A stretch of DNA of 64,000 nt from Eledone cirrhosa (GCA_964016885.1 OZ024740.1:343728001-343792000), one strand, 5' to 3'; positions 11,968-27,739 are shown, numbered from the stretch's first letter. Notes: generated by a model from the sequence alone, not told the origin. Numbers and translations are program-made.

Positions 11968-13911
11968 CTTTTTTCTTTGTCCACAACCACCAGGTCAGGT
12001 CTATTGTGTTCCAGTTTTTTGTCCGTCTGTATCCTAAAATCCCACAGCACCTTCACCTGACTGTTCTCCATCAACGCCTCTGGCCTATGCTCATACCATT
12101 TCTCAGAATGTGGTAGATTGTTTACTTTGCACAGGTGCCAGTGGATCACCCTGCCCATCACATCGTGTCTCCAGCCCTTATAGTGGGTCTGGGCTAGGTG
12201 TTTACACTCGGACACAATGTGAGCCACAGTCTCCTCTCTCTCTCCACAGATCCTGCACAGTGGGCTAGCCTCCTCCTTGTAGATATGGTGCTTCAACCAC
12301 TTCGTTTTGAGGGCCTGCTCCTGCGCAGCCATTAGCATTCCTTCTGTAGCCTTTTTGAGGTCTCCTCTTCTCAACCAGTTCCATGTCTGTGGATCTCTAA
12401 ATTCAGTTTTCTCAAAGAAGGTACTATGAAGGGATTTTCCCTTAAGGCTGCTCTTCCTCCTTGATGTTATTTCCTCCTTGGGTATCCCCTGGCCTACTGT
12501 CCCCTCCTTCAGTACAGCTCTGAGCATTGGCTCCTTACTATAGGTCACGTATTTGTATAGGTTGTTTTTCTCCATCTGAAGACAGTCCTCTATGCTGATA
12601 AGACCTCTTCCACCCTCAGATCTCCTTAGGTAGAGTCTATCGACATCACTCCTCTTGTGGAACATGTTGTAGATAGTCAATAGCTTCCTAGTCTTCCTAT
12701 CCATTTCTTTTTGTTCAGCAACATTCCATCTCAGAATTCCCGCACTGTACCTAATAATAGACACAGCTCGGGAATTTACTGCGCTTATGGCATTTCTGCT
12801 GTTCAGATGTGACTTCAATACGCTCCTTACTCTCCGAATGTATTCAGTTCTTAACAATTCCTTCATTTATTTGTTCTTTATGCCATCAGCCTCCAGAACG
12901 CCCAAATACTTGTATCCTTCCTCAGAGTCAATTTCCTTTATCATCTCACCTGTTGGTATCTGGATCCCGTTACTTCTGCTCAACCTACCCCTCCTCATCA
13001 CAATGACTCCACATTTACCAATACCAAACTGCATACATATATCACTGCTGAAAATACGGACAGTGTCAACAAGCACATCCAACTCCTTCTCACTTTTCCC
13101 GAAGAGCTTAAGATCGTCCATGAAGAGGAGGTGATTGGTGGTAAGCTCTCCCCTTCCCAACTTGTATCCTGCTCTCACTTTTCGCAGCATAATGGTCAAG
13201 GGCATCAGGGCAAGGACAAACAACAGAGGGGACAGGCTATCTCCCTGGAAGATACCTCTCTTGATCTTCACGCTTCCCAAGGATACTCCAGTTGATGTCA
13301 ACTCTGTCTCCCAGGACCCCATACTCCTGCCCAGCAACTGTCTGATGTTATCTGCCACCCTGAAGATCTCCAGGCTTTTGGTGATCCAGGAATGAGGCAC
13401 CATGTCAAATGCCTTTCTGTAGTCTATCCATCCCATGGCAAGATCAGTGTGTCTCCTCCTGCAATTCCCCATTACCATCTTATCAATAAGCAACTGGTCC
13501 TTTGTACCACGTGACTTCTTTCGGCATCCTTTCTGTTCGTCCGGCAACAAGTTGTTTGTGTGGAGGTGATGGTAGATTTCCTCAGACACAATGCTCGTCA
13601 ACAGTTTCCACATTACGGGCAGACATGTGATAGGTCTATAGTTGGTAACATCATTACCCTTGATTCGGTCTTTCATTATCAGAACTGTGGTACCTTTTGT
13701 CAACCACTCTGGCACCTCACCCGACACCAAGCAGTCATTGAACATGGCCGTCAGCTTCGGGTGGAGGGATGTTAAATGTTTAATCCAATACCCCTGCACA
13801 CCATCTGGGCCTGGTGATTTCCAGTAGGTTAGTTTTTTGGCTTGCCCCTTAAGAGTTTCAACTGTGATACTCAAATCAGTCTGTTGCTGTGCCTGCTCAC
13901 CGATCTCCCTC
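11556..13911 (-). mobile_element. R4/Dong 5'-truncated copy (RT, CCHC, RLE) interrupted by (ATT)n at 11904-11966
   Basis: ORFs 12867-13874, 11964-12866 (CRICGEREETVAHIVSEC, RHD, RPD), 11632-11901. Confidence 0.93.
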
Positions 13912-13964
13912 TATTATTATTATTATTATTATTATTGTTATTATTATTATTATTATTGTTGTTA

Positions 13965-14230
13965 TTCCTTGAATCTCAGTCATTGATGTTGGTTAACTGG
14001 AAAGTCCGTTGGATTGAATATCAAGCCACTACCTGCAGCCTCAGATATTCAGGACGTATCGGAGGGTTCTTGCTGTTCCAAGCAAGCATGCCTTTTGAAG
14101 CGTTCCAAAAAGCGTGAAGGGGCCGATTTTCTTTAACCATCCCTGGAAACTTTGGGAGGTAGTCCCCAGTGCGCCTATGACAATCGGGATCACTTTGACT
14201 TCATGGCAGTTCCAAATCCTTTTCACCTCC

Positions 14231-14231
<1 letters not shown>
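13965..14231 (-). mobile_element. R4/Dong 3' fragment flanked by (ATT)n
   Basis: ORF 14041-14226; near-identical to the other R4 3' ends. Confidence 0.9.
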
Positions 14232-14289
<58 letters not shown>

Positions 14290-15149
14290 GTTATTGGTGT
14301 GGGTAAATGAGAAAATAACATACCAGTGTTCAACAACATGCGCCCCTTGATTATCCTGTCAGGTTTATTTAACCTTAGGCGAACCTTGATCAAGCAGACC
14401 CTTAATCTAAGTTGTTCCTGATCACGACCATACCGTCATACTATATATTCAAAACTGAATTGTGTTTTCGAAAACAATCAAAATGTAACGTGCCCTTTAT
14501 TTTATTGAGAGAGAAGTGTAAGGTTTGAAAGAAAAAATGTTCTATTTCTAGCAGCCTGATCTAGCATATAAAGGCCTACTTGTTTACTCGTCCAGTCTTA
14601 CTGTTTAAACAACATATCTAAGACGACATTAATCCACATAGTGCTCTTTCTTGAGACACTAATATATGATTTGAAGGAGAGTTGGCTGCTATTTCTAGTT
14701 GGTCGAGTGGCCATGCAGAGGCCCCTCCGTTGGCTCATTTGCAAATGATTAGTTTGATAATGCATAGTACATGCTTTGTGAAACACTTTTTGACTGTGAT
14801 GATATTTTAGCTAGATATTCTAGTTCAAGATAAGTGTTAGGCTTAGCAGATGAAATTCCTTCATCACTCAACTGTCTTATCCTGTTGGTGATGGTTTTTT
14901 TTTTTGGTGAAATGCAAAATTACGTATCATATTCACCGACGAATGTATATACAATATTGAAAGTATAGAAACTACACACTAGCGTAGTTAGTACAATATA
15001 TCAAGTATTCTGGTAACCTGTTATGGTTGTGCGAATATTTAAGTGTGTTTGGTTTGTGGTTTGTGTTTGCAAGTATGTATGAGCTTGACTGTGTTTGTCT
15101 ATGTGTTAGTTTGTGTATATGTATGGTTGGGTGTGTGTGTGGATGTGTG

Positions 15150-15576
<427 letters not shown>

Positions 15577-15663
15577 AGAAGTAAGACAGCCAACGTAAGA
15601 GAAGATGAAAGTTAGCAAAGGAGAGCAAGAGAAATAAAGAGGGATGAGGTGAGTAAAGAATGG

Positions 15664-15853
15664 TTTCTGATTTAGGCACAAGGCCAGCAATTTTGAGGGA
15701 GGAGGCAGTCGAATAAAACGCCCTCAATACGCTACTGGTACTTTATTTTATCGACCCCGTAATTATGAAAGGCAAAGCTAACCTCGGCGGGATTTCAACC
15801 CAGAACGTAAAAGGCCGTAGCTCTATGATACTAAGCATATTGTCCGACGCTCT
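15664..15853 (-). mobile_element. tRNA-derived SINE, long variant
   Basis: Reverse complement of SINE consensus with extra GAGGCAGTCG segment. Confidence 0.85.
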
Positions 15854-16158
15854 ACCGATTCTGCCATTCGACCACACTTCAAGGAGAGGAAATAATAAAA
15901 AAAGAAACAGAAGCTCTTGATGCGTGAGGGAGCGAGGGATAATGAACAAGAGAGAGAAAGAGAGAATGAAATAGTCAAACAGACAGATAGGTAGGTAGAT
16001 AGGTAGATATATATAGGTGTATATATATATATATATAGCAGAGTATAACAGTTTTAATATAGATGAGATTCTACAGGACTAGAACTGTTTCATTCATTAG
16101 AAATCATCAGGAATATATATATATATATATATATGTATTCATTAGAAATCATCAGGAA

Positions 16159-16189
<31 letters not shown>

Positions 16190-17241
16190 GAAAAGATTTA
16201 GGTCCCCGACGGCTGAGCCCCGGCCGTTTCGACACCTAGATCCGAACTATTACCCTGGTGTGTTATGGCCCACTCGGTATCTTACCACACCCTCTTTGTT
16301 ATATATATATATATACAGTATATATACAGAGAGAGAGAGAGAGAGAGAGAGAAGACACAAGAATTTCAAAAAGTACGATACATTTGATGCCGTTAGGAAG
16401 ATGAGTCTAACGTTTTTGACTGAACATTTCGTTGGGGAAAGACTAAATGTTTATTGGTGTTAGTTGATAAATGGATAGCATCAGTAATTGGGAAGTAAAA
16501 TTTGCGACGGATTGGCGTCCCATCAATGGTGAGGGTTTTGTATTCTCGGTCATCTGACGTTAATGAAACATGGATAAGCTTTGTGCTGATGAGAATCTAG
16601 ACTTGAGGGAGAATTTTTCTTAAATTGATATGCACATATAGGAATATACATGTAGATACATACATAGCTATTTTCTTGTCAGACACTGGTCAATAGCAGG
16701 CACAAAACGCGCCTCTGTGGACAGTAGACTACCAGCTATCAGTAGGAATACATGATGATAAGGACCTCGTATTCCAATAAGCAATTTTCAATACTGATGG
16801 TTGCCAAAATTTTACGGGTTCCTAAACCAAAATATTATGGTCAACCCAAATATTTTTGTCCAGGTGATGGGAGTGTAAGTATTTCAATTCTTTCTTAGGT
16901 AAACTGTTGGAATTCTTAAATTCCTGTTATTGTTATCTATATGGGTGGCGCTTTTCTCTGAACGAATCACAATGATGTGCTCCAAAGCCAATTATCCTTC
17001 CACGTGGCATCGCTATCATTGAGTAGTTAGATAGGAAGCAAGATCGGAATTTTGCGTTGGATTCTGTGCCTCTGGCATTAAATTGATCTAAATTCCCCAC
17101 TATATATATGTATATATAGATATCTGTGTGGGGACGTTTCTATGCGTAATGTTGTGCAGTTATTAACGAGAAAATCCTTCAAATATGTATATACATATAC
17201 ACATACACTTACAAATAGATACTTACACATACTCACTCCCA

Positions 17242-17272
<31 letters not shown>

Positions 17273-17280
17273 TATATATT

Positions 17281-17378
<98 letters not shown>

Positions 17379-18261
17379 TGTGTGTGTGTGTGTGTATGTG
17401 TGTGTGTGTGTATACATATATAGAGAGAAAGGGAGAAAGAGAGAAAGAGTGAAACAGTGATACAGAGAGACAGACAAACAGTCAAAGAAGCAGGCAAGCA
17501 GACAGACATCCATTGGTAGGTAGATAGATATGCGTATATAGGGAAATCATATACAAGATATTTAATATAGAAATAGTACCGCTCGAAAATAATGGATAAT
17601 CCAGAAGACCGTTGTTACATAATTCGTCCCTGTAGATCCATATATATTAAGTGTCATCATTGAGATAACCCATACTTCTAAGCATGACACATGTGGGGTT
17701 TACACAGCTTGTATTTTGCCAGCCAGACGAAATAGGCATTTGTTAAAAATATTGTGTATGACTTTTTTCCGAAGGTAGTAAATTAGTAGAATAGTTAAGG
17801 ACGTCAGATAAAATTCTCTGTAGTTTTCATTAAAGCTATGTGCTCCCTGATTTTATCCTTTCAAGTAGATAACTATAGTACCTGCCAATTACTGTGAACA
17901 ATTCTTTATTCTTTTTGTCTTACATTTTCTTACATTGTCTTACATTATTCTTTTTGTCTTACATTGTCTTACATTGTCTTACATTTTCTCATTGAGGAAA
18001 TCCGCTCTGCTCAAACGGGAAGGGGTTGGCATTGCTAGGTTTCATATATCCAATATGGCATCTTACGATTTCATTAAGAGTTATGGAATAAAAAATAAAT
18101 AACTTCCATATATATATTTATTAAATCCCCTCTTTTTCACATAGCTCCCACACTAATATATGTACGTGAGTCTTTATTACTCTTATAGTTCTTTAGTAAA
18201 CATTACAGTTAGGCGCTAGAAACGCAAAACTAACCACCTCTGGAAAGAATTATCACATGTA

Positions 18262-18429
18262 TCGTATTTCCCGGCGCCGAAGACGCTTCGTCCTCGAGGA
18301 CGCACCCTAATTTTGACAACCAAAAATTTGAAAATAAAAAATAAACAACCTTTGGCCTCCATGACGCATAGTAGAATTTTTAGATTTATTTTAGGAAAAA
18401 AGTAGCGTCTTCGACGCCGGGAAATACCG
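18262..18429. mobile_element. MITE with ~25-bp TIRs (Tc1/mariner-pogo type)
   Basis: CGTATTTCCCGGCGCCGAAGACGCT ... AGCGTCTTCGACGCCGGGAAATACCG; TA at left flank. Confidence 0.75.
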
Positions 18430-19304
18430 TCTGTTGATCATGTTCAATTATAAAGTACTCGTGTATGCATATGTTTTTAATACGCCGTATCTGAATATCT
18501 TATGTATGTGGTTGTTGATTTCATTCATTGAACGCAATCCCAAAGATTTTATCCAAATTTCTAATGATTCTGCCAACCATTGGCCTTTTTTTAAAGCTAA
18601 TAACCAAAAAACATTCCTATTTAATAGGTTTCGGCATACCATATGCATACATGAGTGAAAATCTAATAGTTTAAAAAAATCATTTAAAAAATAGTATCCC
18701 TAAAGAAGTGATTAAGGAGGGTTCTAAAACGTATATACATATGGATAACACATGCCTGATTATAGATTAGAATGATCATGACTGAAATACCTTTGATCAT
18801 AGTTTTGTTCGATCAGGTCTGGCTTGGGGTCATTCACATATGCATACACACACGCGCGCGCACACACAGAGGAAAATACAGAGACACACAGATACACAAA
18901 CACAGAAACATGCTAATACATAGGTATACGTACTCATACACACGTTTATAAATAGGGACATGCGCATGCAAACATTAACAGGGAAGTGTAAAATAACAGA
19001 ATAGTGAAAACAGATCATTGTTTTTCCAGGTGACATAGAAGGGAAAGAAACTTTTGTAATTAACCTCCAATTGGAAGGTCCCCTGCAAAGTTAATGATCC
19101 AGTTTACGTAACAGAATATCCTAGTTGTCTTGTCCTTGTCAAGTTTGACAGGAGCGAAAAAAAATGAGACTACAACAAAGCAATGCGAACTTTGACAGGA
19201 TTAGGTTAGAAAATAACACAACTTTATATTTATCTATTTCCGATTTCAAACAATGAAAAAATCTTTAAAATAACACACACACTACTCACACACAGAGTTA
19301 CACA

Positions 19305-19580
<276 letters not shown>

Positions 19581-22183
19581 TATATCATACATAAAAGAAA
19601 AGAAGCAAAGAAATGAAACATTTTGAAACAAGAATACCGATGTTAAAACTCTGCAGTATTTAGCCATCTTCAATGGTGAAAACTCGCCTTTCTCGACTTA
19701 AAGCTTTTGGTTCTTGTTCGATGAAATCGAATTAGTTTTTGCTCCGTTTTTACAAATATATGATCCAAACTTTAAATGCTAATGCGTATCGTTCCTTGTA
19801 ACTGTAATAATTTTTAATTTTAATCGTATTTTGTTCTTTCTATATAAATATTTTTTAAATCTATATAAATATAAATAAAGCATTGTTTCTGTGTGTTTGT
19901 ATGGCGCATAACTCGAATCGATACAAGTTTCTCCTGTAATCTTAAGTATTGCCTGCAGTAATGTTCTAGTTGAATACATATTTGCCTCGCACAACTCGAG
20001 GCCATCGATATATAAAATATGGTTGAAACCTTTGCTATATTTACCATATCAATTATACTCAAGAACAGTTCGGTTTAACATGTATCTACCTATTCTTGGT
20101 GCTACCTTACTAGTGTTTCCAGGATTTGTGTGTCAGTAATATTGCTAGAAGTCTTTTGATAGTCAATCCATGCCACAAGCAGGCCTTCCTTTCTCCTTCA
20201 CAAAGTTATAATCTTCGGTTATATCTGTTCATCAGCTATTAACATTTACAGACATGGGGAATATGTACCTTGAATTCAATACATAAAAAAATATAAAAGA
20301 ATTGAGTGAGTAATATGCCACATCATCAAAAATTATATAAACCAATGAAAAATAAAGATGAAGACAATCTAAATAAAGTACTGGTTTGGTCATATAACTG
20401 CACGCTTTCAAATCAAGAGACCACCATAACATACACATATAACCTCTGAAGAGAAAATAACCCTGAGTTAAAAGTATCTTTCGATGTCAATAGGCTAAAT
20501 TAAGAAGATACAAATTTATAGCCGAAAGTTATCAAAGAAAGTAGGTTCTTAAACGCATGAATGGACATTATAAACACAAACTAAAAGCACATATAAACAT
20601 CAAATATACAAAGAACCCTAAACACATAGCAAAAGATAATTAAGATAGAGCGTGTGCAAGTAAAGTAAAGAAAGTAACGAAATAAATTCAAATTGCTGTA
20701 TCCCTCCTGGTTCTTGACAATCAAAAACTGAACTAAAATATCCATACAAATGAATACAAGAATGTTCTAAGGACAGAAATATCTTAAGTCAGAAATACTA
20801 AATATATCAACAATATAAGGCTGGGAATAGAGTTAAATCAATAGACCATCCTATGGACCAATGAAGGACCTTATTAACGACAATAGTTAAAAGTAAGATA
20901 GAAACAAAACAAATAAATAAGTAAATGCATATTGGGCCATCATAGGACTGGAAATAGATATGCATATGAATATAATTTGATAACAATGAACTGATCTATG
21001 CAGCAGCCATCGTAGTCACAGAGGGACGTTAATACTCTCTCGAAACGCCTCGTGTAAGAGTACAAACTCAAGCAACGGTTAATTAGTTGTAGAACGACAC
21101 AGCCATAATTGAAAAGGTATGATTAGGGACAGAAAATGATTAAAAGTAGGCTTTTGAAAGATTTACTCACCTTTATATTCTAGAAATATTAGCCATGAGT
21201 AAGATGCACCAAAGAAAACGAAAGTACCTTAAATATGTATGGTTTTATAAAAGACAGCTATAATTATTTTAAAATATCTTAGCCTCTTTCCACTCTTCTC
21301 TTTCAAGATGCTAAAACGTTTAACCAGCATAAACAAATTAAATGTGGATTACAAATACCATCCCTATGATGAAATATTTTACAACAGGATTCCTTTTTAT
21401 ATAGGGTTCACGGAACAAGTAAAGTGATTGGTTTGAAATTCGGTTTTAAAATATTCTATTATTACTTGGTAGAAAAGTAATCCGAAGTAGTGATTTCTTG
21501 GAAAAGAGTTATTTTGAATGTTTAGTTAGGGATGGAAGGTTAGAACCTATAACAGTTTTCAGAGCCTCCGAGGCTAGTGAGAAGGAGGAACGAAAGTATC
21601 TTCAAAATGGAGACCTTCTCTGAATGCTTGAAGGAGAGTGGACTCTGCAAAGGTCACCAAAAAACCACTTGCTGGTGCTTAATAGGGAGATGGATTAAAT
21701 CTATCAAAGAAATAAGTATGGGTTAAAATCAAAATTCAAAGAGCCAGAAAAGTACTGCAAGGCATCTCGTCTCCGGAATCTGTGCACTAGATAATCTCAC
21801 AGTAGAGTCTAACTCAAAGCTTCCCAATCTTTTGACACACCTTTTAAAAATAAAGTTGTTCGTGACAAATTAATTATCCAGTTCGTAAAGTTTTTAGTAT
21901 TAAAAAAAAAAAAAACTTTCACAGAAATTGACCAAATATGACTTACTATTGCGACACACCTAGAGTTTATCCGCGACTAATTAAAGTATCGTGACTGTGT
22001 TTGGAAACATCGGACTTGCATAAATAAAAGAAATGGATAGAAGGAAATGTTATAGACGTTCTGCCATATTTGAAAATGTAATAAATCTTAAACATTATCT
22101 GTTTCAAGCATAAGATAAATTATCAGTTAAAAATTTAGTGAATTACCAAAAGTAGAAAGAAATGCAATGACATATATAGACAG

Positions 22184-22237
<54 letters not shown>

Positions 22238-22259
22238 ATAGAAACAACACTAATAAATA

Positions 22260-22550
22260 ATTGTTTCTACTTTAGGCACAAGGCCAGCAAAAACCCAGTA
22301 CATTACTGGTACATTATTTTATCGACTCCGTAAGGATGAAAAGCAAAGTTAACCTCGGCAAAGTTAACTCAGACTGTAAAGGGACGTAACTATGCTAGAA
22401 AGCATGGAGTCCAACCCTCTACCGATACTGCCAATTCACCGCTAATAAATAATAGTTTCTGATGTAGGCACAAGCCCAACAATTTTGGGGGAAGGGGAAA
22501 GTCGATTGAATCGACCACAGTGCATTACTGGTGCTTTATCTTATCGACAA
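22260..22550 (-). mobile_element. Two adjacent SINE copies (one full, one partial)
   Basis: TGTTTCTACTTTAGGCACAAGGCCAGC...CCGATACTGCCAATTCACCGC. Confidence 0.85.
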
Positions 22551-23405
22551 CACAAATAAATAATAATTACTTACAAAAACCAGATATTTCTTCGTGACAG
22601 AAACAATCGATCGAGTCAGACCAGTATAAGTTGTATTTTATTGATTTAAGAAGGACGGAATGGTTTTTGGCACCTGTGTCATTTTAAATAACAACATAGA
22701 GGTGACAAAAAGAAATCATGCCAAAGAATTAGTTCTAAAAGGTTCTAAATATAGCAGTCCCACCTCAATGACCTCATATTCATAACAATACTTTACTTGT
22801 GTGTTTTAATTAGATATTTAGGGTGGTAGATTTGGTAGAACAAAATGGTTTCTAGAATTTTTAACGAAACTAGCTTGATACGCCTTCTTTCGTAGTTTAA
22901 ATATTACCACCAATATTAATCACCAGAAGGGTAGCCATATAAAGCCAGTCGGCAACTGAACTCCTCAGGGAGGAAAAGTGCAGTATTATATACATTTTTG
23001 TTTGTATTCTGTATAAATAATGCTAAACATGGGTCTGTATTTCATTCATAAATAAAGTAATGAATACAGCGAATGAAATAGGTTTGTATTTCAAAATATA
23101 TTTTATTGTATTTTATTTCATTTTATTTATTTATTAAAAAAATAAAATTACATTTTAGAACCATTTAACGATACTGATTCTACTCAGCTGCCTAAAAAAA
23201 TAAGAATTTATAGAGTTGGAAATGACTAGTTCATTGGAGCCAGCTGTTTAATTTTGACAAGATTTAATATCTTTTCGAATAAAATATACAATATGAATTA
23301 TTAAAGCATATATCAGGAGTCGAAACAAAAGAAATGTTAAAAATGGTTACATATGCACACACAGAGACGCACACACACTCTCTCTCTCTTTCTCTCTCCC
23401 CTCTC

Positions 23406-23498
<93 letters not shown>

Positions 23499-23499
23499 T

Positions 23500-26003
23500 T
23501 AAAACAATGAAATAAAAATTCAAGTCATTAGAAATATACTTCACTGCTTTACGATCGTTTCTAGGTACGCATATTTCGTTATCGATCTATGTAGGGTTAG
23601 TTACAAAATATCAGATAAGGAATATATTTACTTACATGTATATCATCAGCTGTTGTCAAAAGCAAGAGAATGTTATTCAAAATCAATAGTAAATTGAGTT
23701 CTATGACCTTTGGAGGTAGGTGAAGAACAAGCCAATCAAATTGTTTTTTTCCATATGATGTTAAGATGAAAAATAACTCACTTTAGTTGAGGTCATGACC
23801 CTTTGAACGGAATGGTTGAATGGTGTTAAAAATAGAATTGCTATAAAAAACCTATGAGGAAAAAAGGGATTGTTATATTGATCGTTGAATGTATATGGTA
23901 TAGTGAAGTTTAAAAGGAATGTAAAAATTAAATGTTGAGTTGTGTTGTATGGAGTTTTTAGGTGAATATAAATCATGGTCATGACTAGGAAAGATAGTAT
24001 ATTAAGCCGAGGTTAACTTTGCCATTCATCCTTACGGGGTCGATAAAATAAAGTACCAGTAATGTACTGGGTAATTGCTGGCCTTGTGCCAAAAGAAGAA
24101 ACAATTAAAAGATGAAAATTATAATAAGATAATGAAATATAATAATATAATAATATTATATAACTGTTTCTACTTTTGAACAAGGCCAGCCATTATCCCA
24201 GTGTAATACTGGTACTTTATTTTATCGACCCCGTAAGGATGAAAGGCAAAGTTAACCTCGGCGGGAATTGAACTCAGACCATAAAGGGCTGTAACTCTTT
24301 GCTGCAAAGCATGGAGTCCGACCCTCTACAGATACTGCCATATAATGTAACATAATATAGTACGGTATGGTACATTGTACATAATATAATACAGCGTATG
24401 ATACATCTTAAAATATAAAATAGTAAATATTTTCAAGTGTGTCTTTGAATAAGTAATCAAACTCAGATAAATGCATGTTGACAAAACGCATAATTTTCAT
24501 AGATCACAAAGTGCATATATTCACTTATATAGATAGATGTATAGTTATATTGATACTCTATTAAAAATATACATACGCATATATAGATATAAACATATAC
24601 ATACACCCTCATATGTGCACACAATCATATATATATATATATATATACACACGTATACATACATATATATATGTACACACACATACATATACACGAATAC
24701 ATACACACACATATACATATACACACATATACATATATACCCATATATATATATTCTCATATCATACATACACAGATACCTGTAATTGCATGGGTATATA
24801 TGTATGTATGATATGAGAATATATATATATGGGTATATATATATATGGGTGTATATGAATATTTGCGTGTATGTATGTGTGTGTACACACATATATATGT
24901 ATGTATAAGTGTATCTAAGTATATATATATATATATATATATGTATATGATTGTGTGCACATATGAGGGTGTATGTATATGGTATATCTATATATGCGTA
25001 CGTATGTTTTAATGGAGTATCAATATAACTATACCTTTATCTATATATGTGAATATATGCACTTTGTGATCTATGAAAATTATGCGTTTTGACTATATGT
25101 CAACATGCATTTATCTGAGTTTGATTACTTATACAAAGATACACTTGAAAATATTTACTATTTTATATTTTAAGATGTATCATAAGCTGTAATATACTAT
25201 GTACAATGCACCATACCGTACTATTTTATGTTACATTATATTATATTATTATATAAAGGTGGTGGATTGGCAGTATCGGTAGAGGGTCGGACACCATGCT
25301 TTGACGCATATAGTTACGGTCCTTGCCATTCTGAGTTCAAATTCCGCCGAGGTTAACTTTGCCTTTCATCCTTACAGGGTCGATAAAATAAAGTACCAGT
25401 AATGTACTGAGATAATTGCTGGCCTTGTGCCTAAAGTAGAAACAATTATCTTATTATCATTTTCATCTTTTTATATACTATCTTTCCTAGTCATGACCAT
25501 GATTTATATTCACCTAAAAACTCCATACAACACAACTCAACATTTAATTTTTACATTCCTTTTAAACTTCACTATACCATATACATTCAACGATCAATAT
25601 AACAATCCCTTTTTTCCTCATAGGTTCTTTATAGCAATTCTATTTTTAACACCATTCCACCATTCCTTTCAAAGGGTCATGACCTCAACTAAAGTGAGTT
25701 ATTTTTCATCTTAACATCATATGGAAAAAACAATTTGATTGGCTTGTTCTTCACCTACCTCCAAATAAGTTCATAGAACTCAATTTACTACTGATTTTGA
25801 ATAAAGTTCTCATTGCTTTTGACAACAGCTGATGATATACATGTAAGTAAATATATTCCTTATCTGATATTTTGTAACTAACCTTACATAGATCGATAAC
25901 GAAATATGCGTACGATGTATTATTATCACATAGCAACGATCGTAAAGCAGGGACGTATATTTCTAATGACTGGGAATTTTTATTTCATTGTTTTAACTTA
26001 TAT
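23500..26003. repeat. Large imperfect palindrome (~1.25-kb arms, axis ~24790) with arm-specific SINE insertions
   Basis: 23570-24000 is inverted at 25477-25913; 24340-24780 is inverted at 24797-25240; SINEs at 24004-24106(+), 24164-24340(-), 25257-25449(+). Confidence 0.9.
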
Positions 26004-26006
26004 CAG

Positions 26007-27000
26007 ACTTGGGGAAGGTCATATTGTTGTAATAATATTACCAGAATTAATAACAGAACACACTCACTGTTTGGTTGGTTTTCGCTTCTGTATCTTTTAT
26101 ATCAGTTAATTTATCCGGTCCTCAATGTTTACCATTGACTGACCAACGGTAAAAAATACAGATATAATTTAGACACAAAGTCATATATATATAGTCTAAG
26201 AAAGTTCTTTCGTTGCACATTAGCAACATCGTCAGTGGTGCTATTATGTTTCCTCCTGTTTAGCTTTGGCCTTCTAAGTTCTATTTCACTAAAGCTAAAC
26301 AGAAAAAAATGAATGGAATAACAACTCCCAAACAAACAATACTGCCTAAGAGAAATATAAATAAATAAATAAATAAATAAATAAATACACAAGCACAATA
26401 ACAACAAACACATATAAACACACACTAGTAAACTAAGATAGAATACAATAACGAAAACACAGTCACCCAAACCCGAACACACATCAAACACTAAACACAC
26501 ACGCAAACGCATGCGCAGAGAAGAAGACAAAAATAAATAAATAAATAAATATACAGATTAAATAAAGATGGCGTAGACATACAATACAACAGGAGGAAAC
26601 ATAATAGCACCACTGACGATGTTGCAGATGTGCAACGAAAGAACTTTGTTAGACTATATATATATGTGTTTGTGTCTATATTATATCTGTATTTTTGACC
26701 GTTGGTCAGTCAATGGCAACATTGAGGACCGGATAAATTAACTGATATAAATGATACAGAAGCGAAAACCAACCAAACAATGAGTGTGTTCTGTTATTAG
26801 TTCTGGCAATATTATTACAACAATATGACCTTCCTCAAGTATATCATTATTTGTTTCGACCTTTTCCATTGAGAGGTTTTTTTTTACAAACCCAACTAAC
26901 AGACTAATTTTATTTAGTCAAATACGGCGTAAGCACATCCTACTACCTATTTTCAAACTTCACTCGCTATTTACAAACAAAGCCTGCTTTGTCTCCCCTC

Positions 27001-27072
<72 letters not shown>

Positions 27073-27669
27073 ATATATATAAATAAATGAAGTAATTCCA
27101 TCGGAAAAGTCCAGGAAAAAAGAGTGCTCTATGTATGCAACAGAGCTTAATTATTATTATTATTATTTTTATTATTATTATTAATAATAATAATATATAT
27201 ATTATTAATAATAATAATATATATATAAATATATATATACAGGAAACCAAAAGTAGCCAATGTATACAATAGTTTTAAATGACGTATTTTCACAAAACAT
27301 AATTTCATTATTAAAAATATAGTGGCCTGAGGAAAGTAACTATCACCGACCCATGGCATGGGAATGAATGAGGAAGTGATGTACTGTTTACGGTAGTCCG
27401 TTTATGTGTATATGTAAAAATCTTGCATCATATTTGATTTTGAACTGTTAGCGTTTTATAGCAATATCCACATGAAGAACGTGTTAAAGGATCAAAAGCT
27501 GGAATTACTAGACGTGTTTGGTTTTGTTCACAACAGTGTTATCACTGTATCGGCATATATCATTCTCTGATTCTCTGTGGATATAGCACCATTATCGATA
27601 TAACAAGATTACTATATGTGCCGTATTTGAATGTCCATAATATGTTTTGAAGACGTTGGAGACGAATGG

Positions 27670-27739
<70 letters not shown>

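Noticed and set aside
20850-21200. Old R4-like N-terminal remnant (NELIYAAAIVVTE)
   Set aside because: Single short motif; too decayed to delimit
21810-22015. hAT/Charlie-like MITE
   Set aside because: TIRs too degenerate; no TSD found
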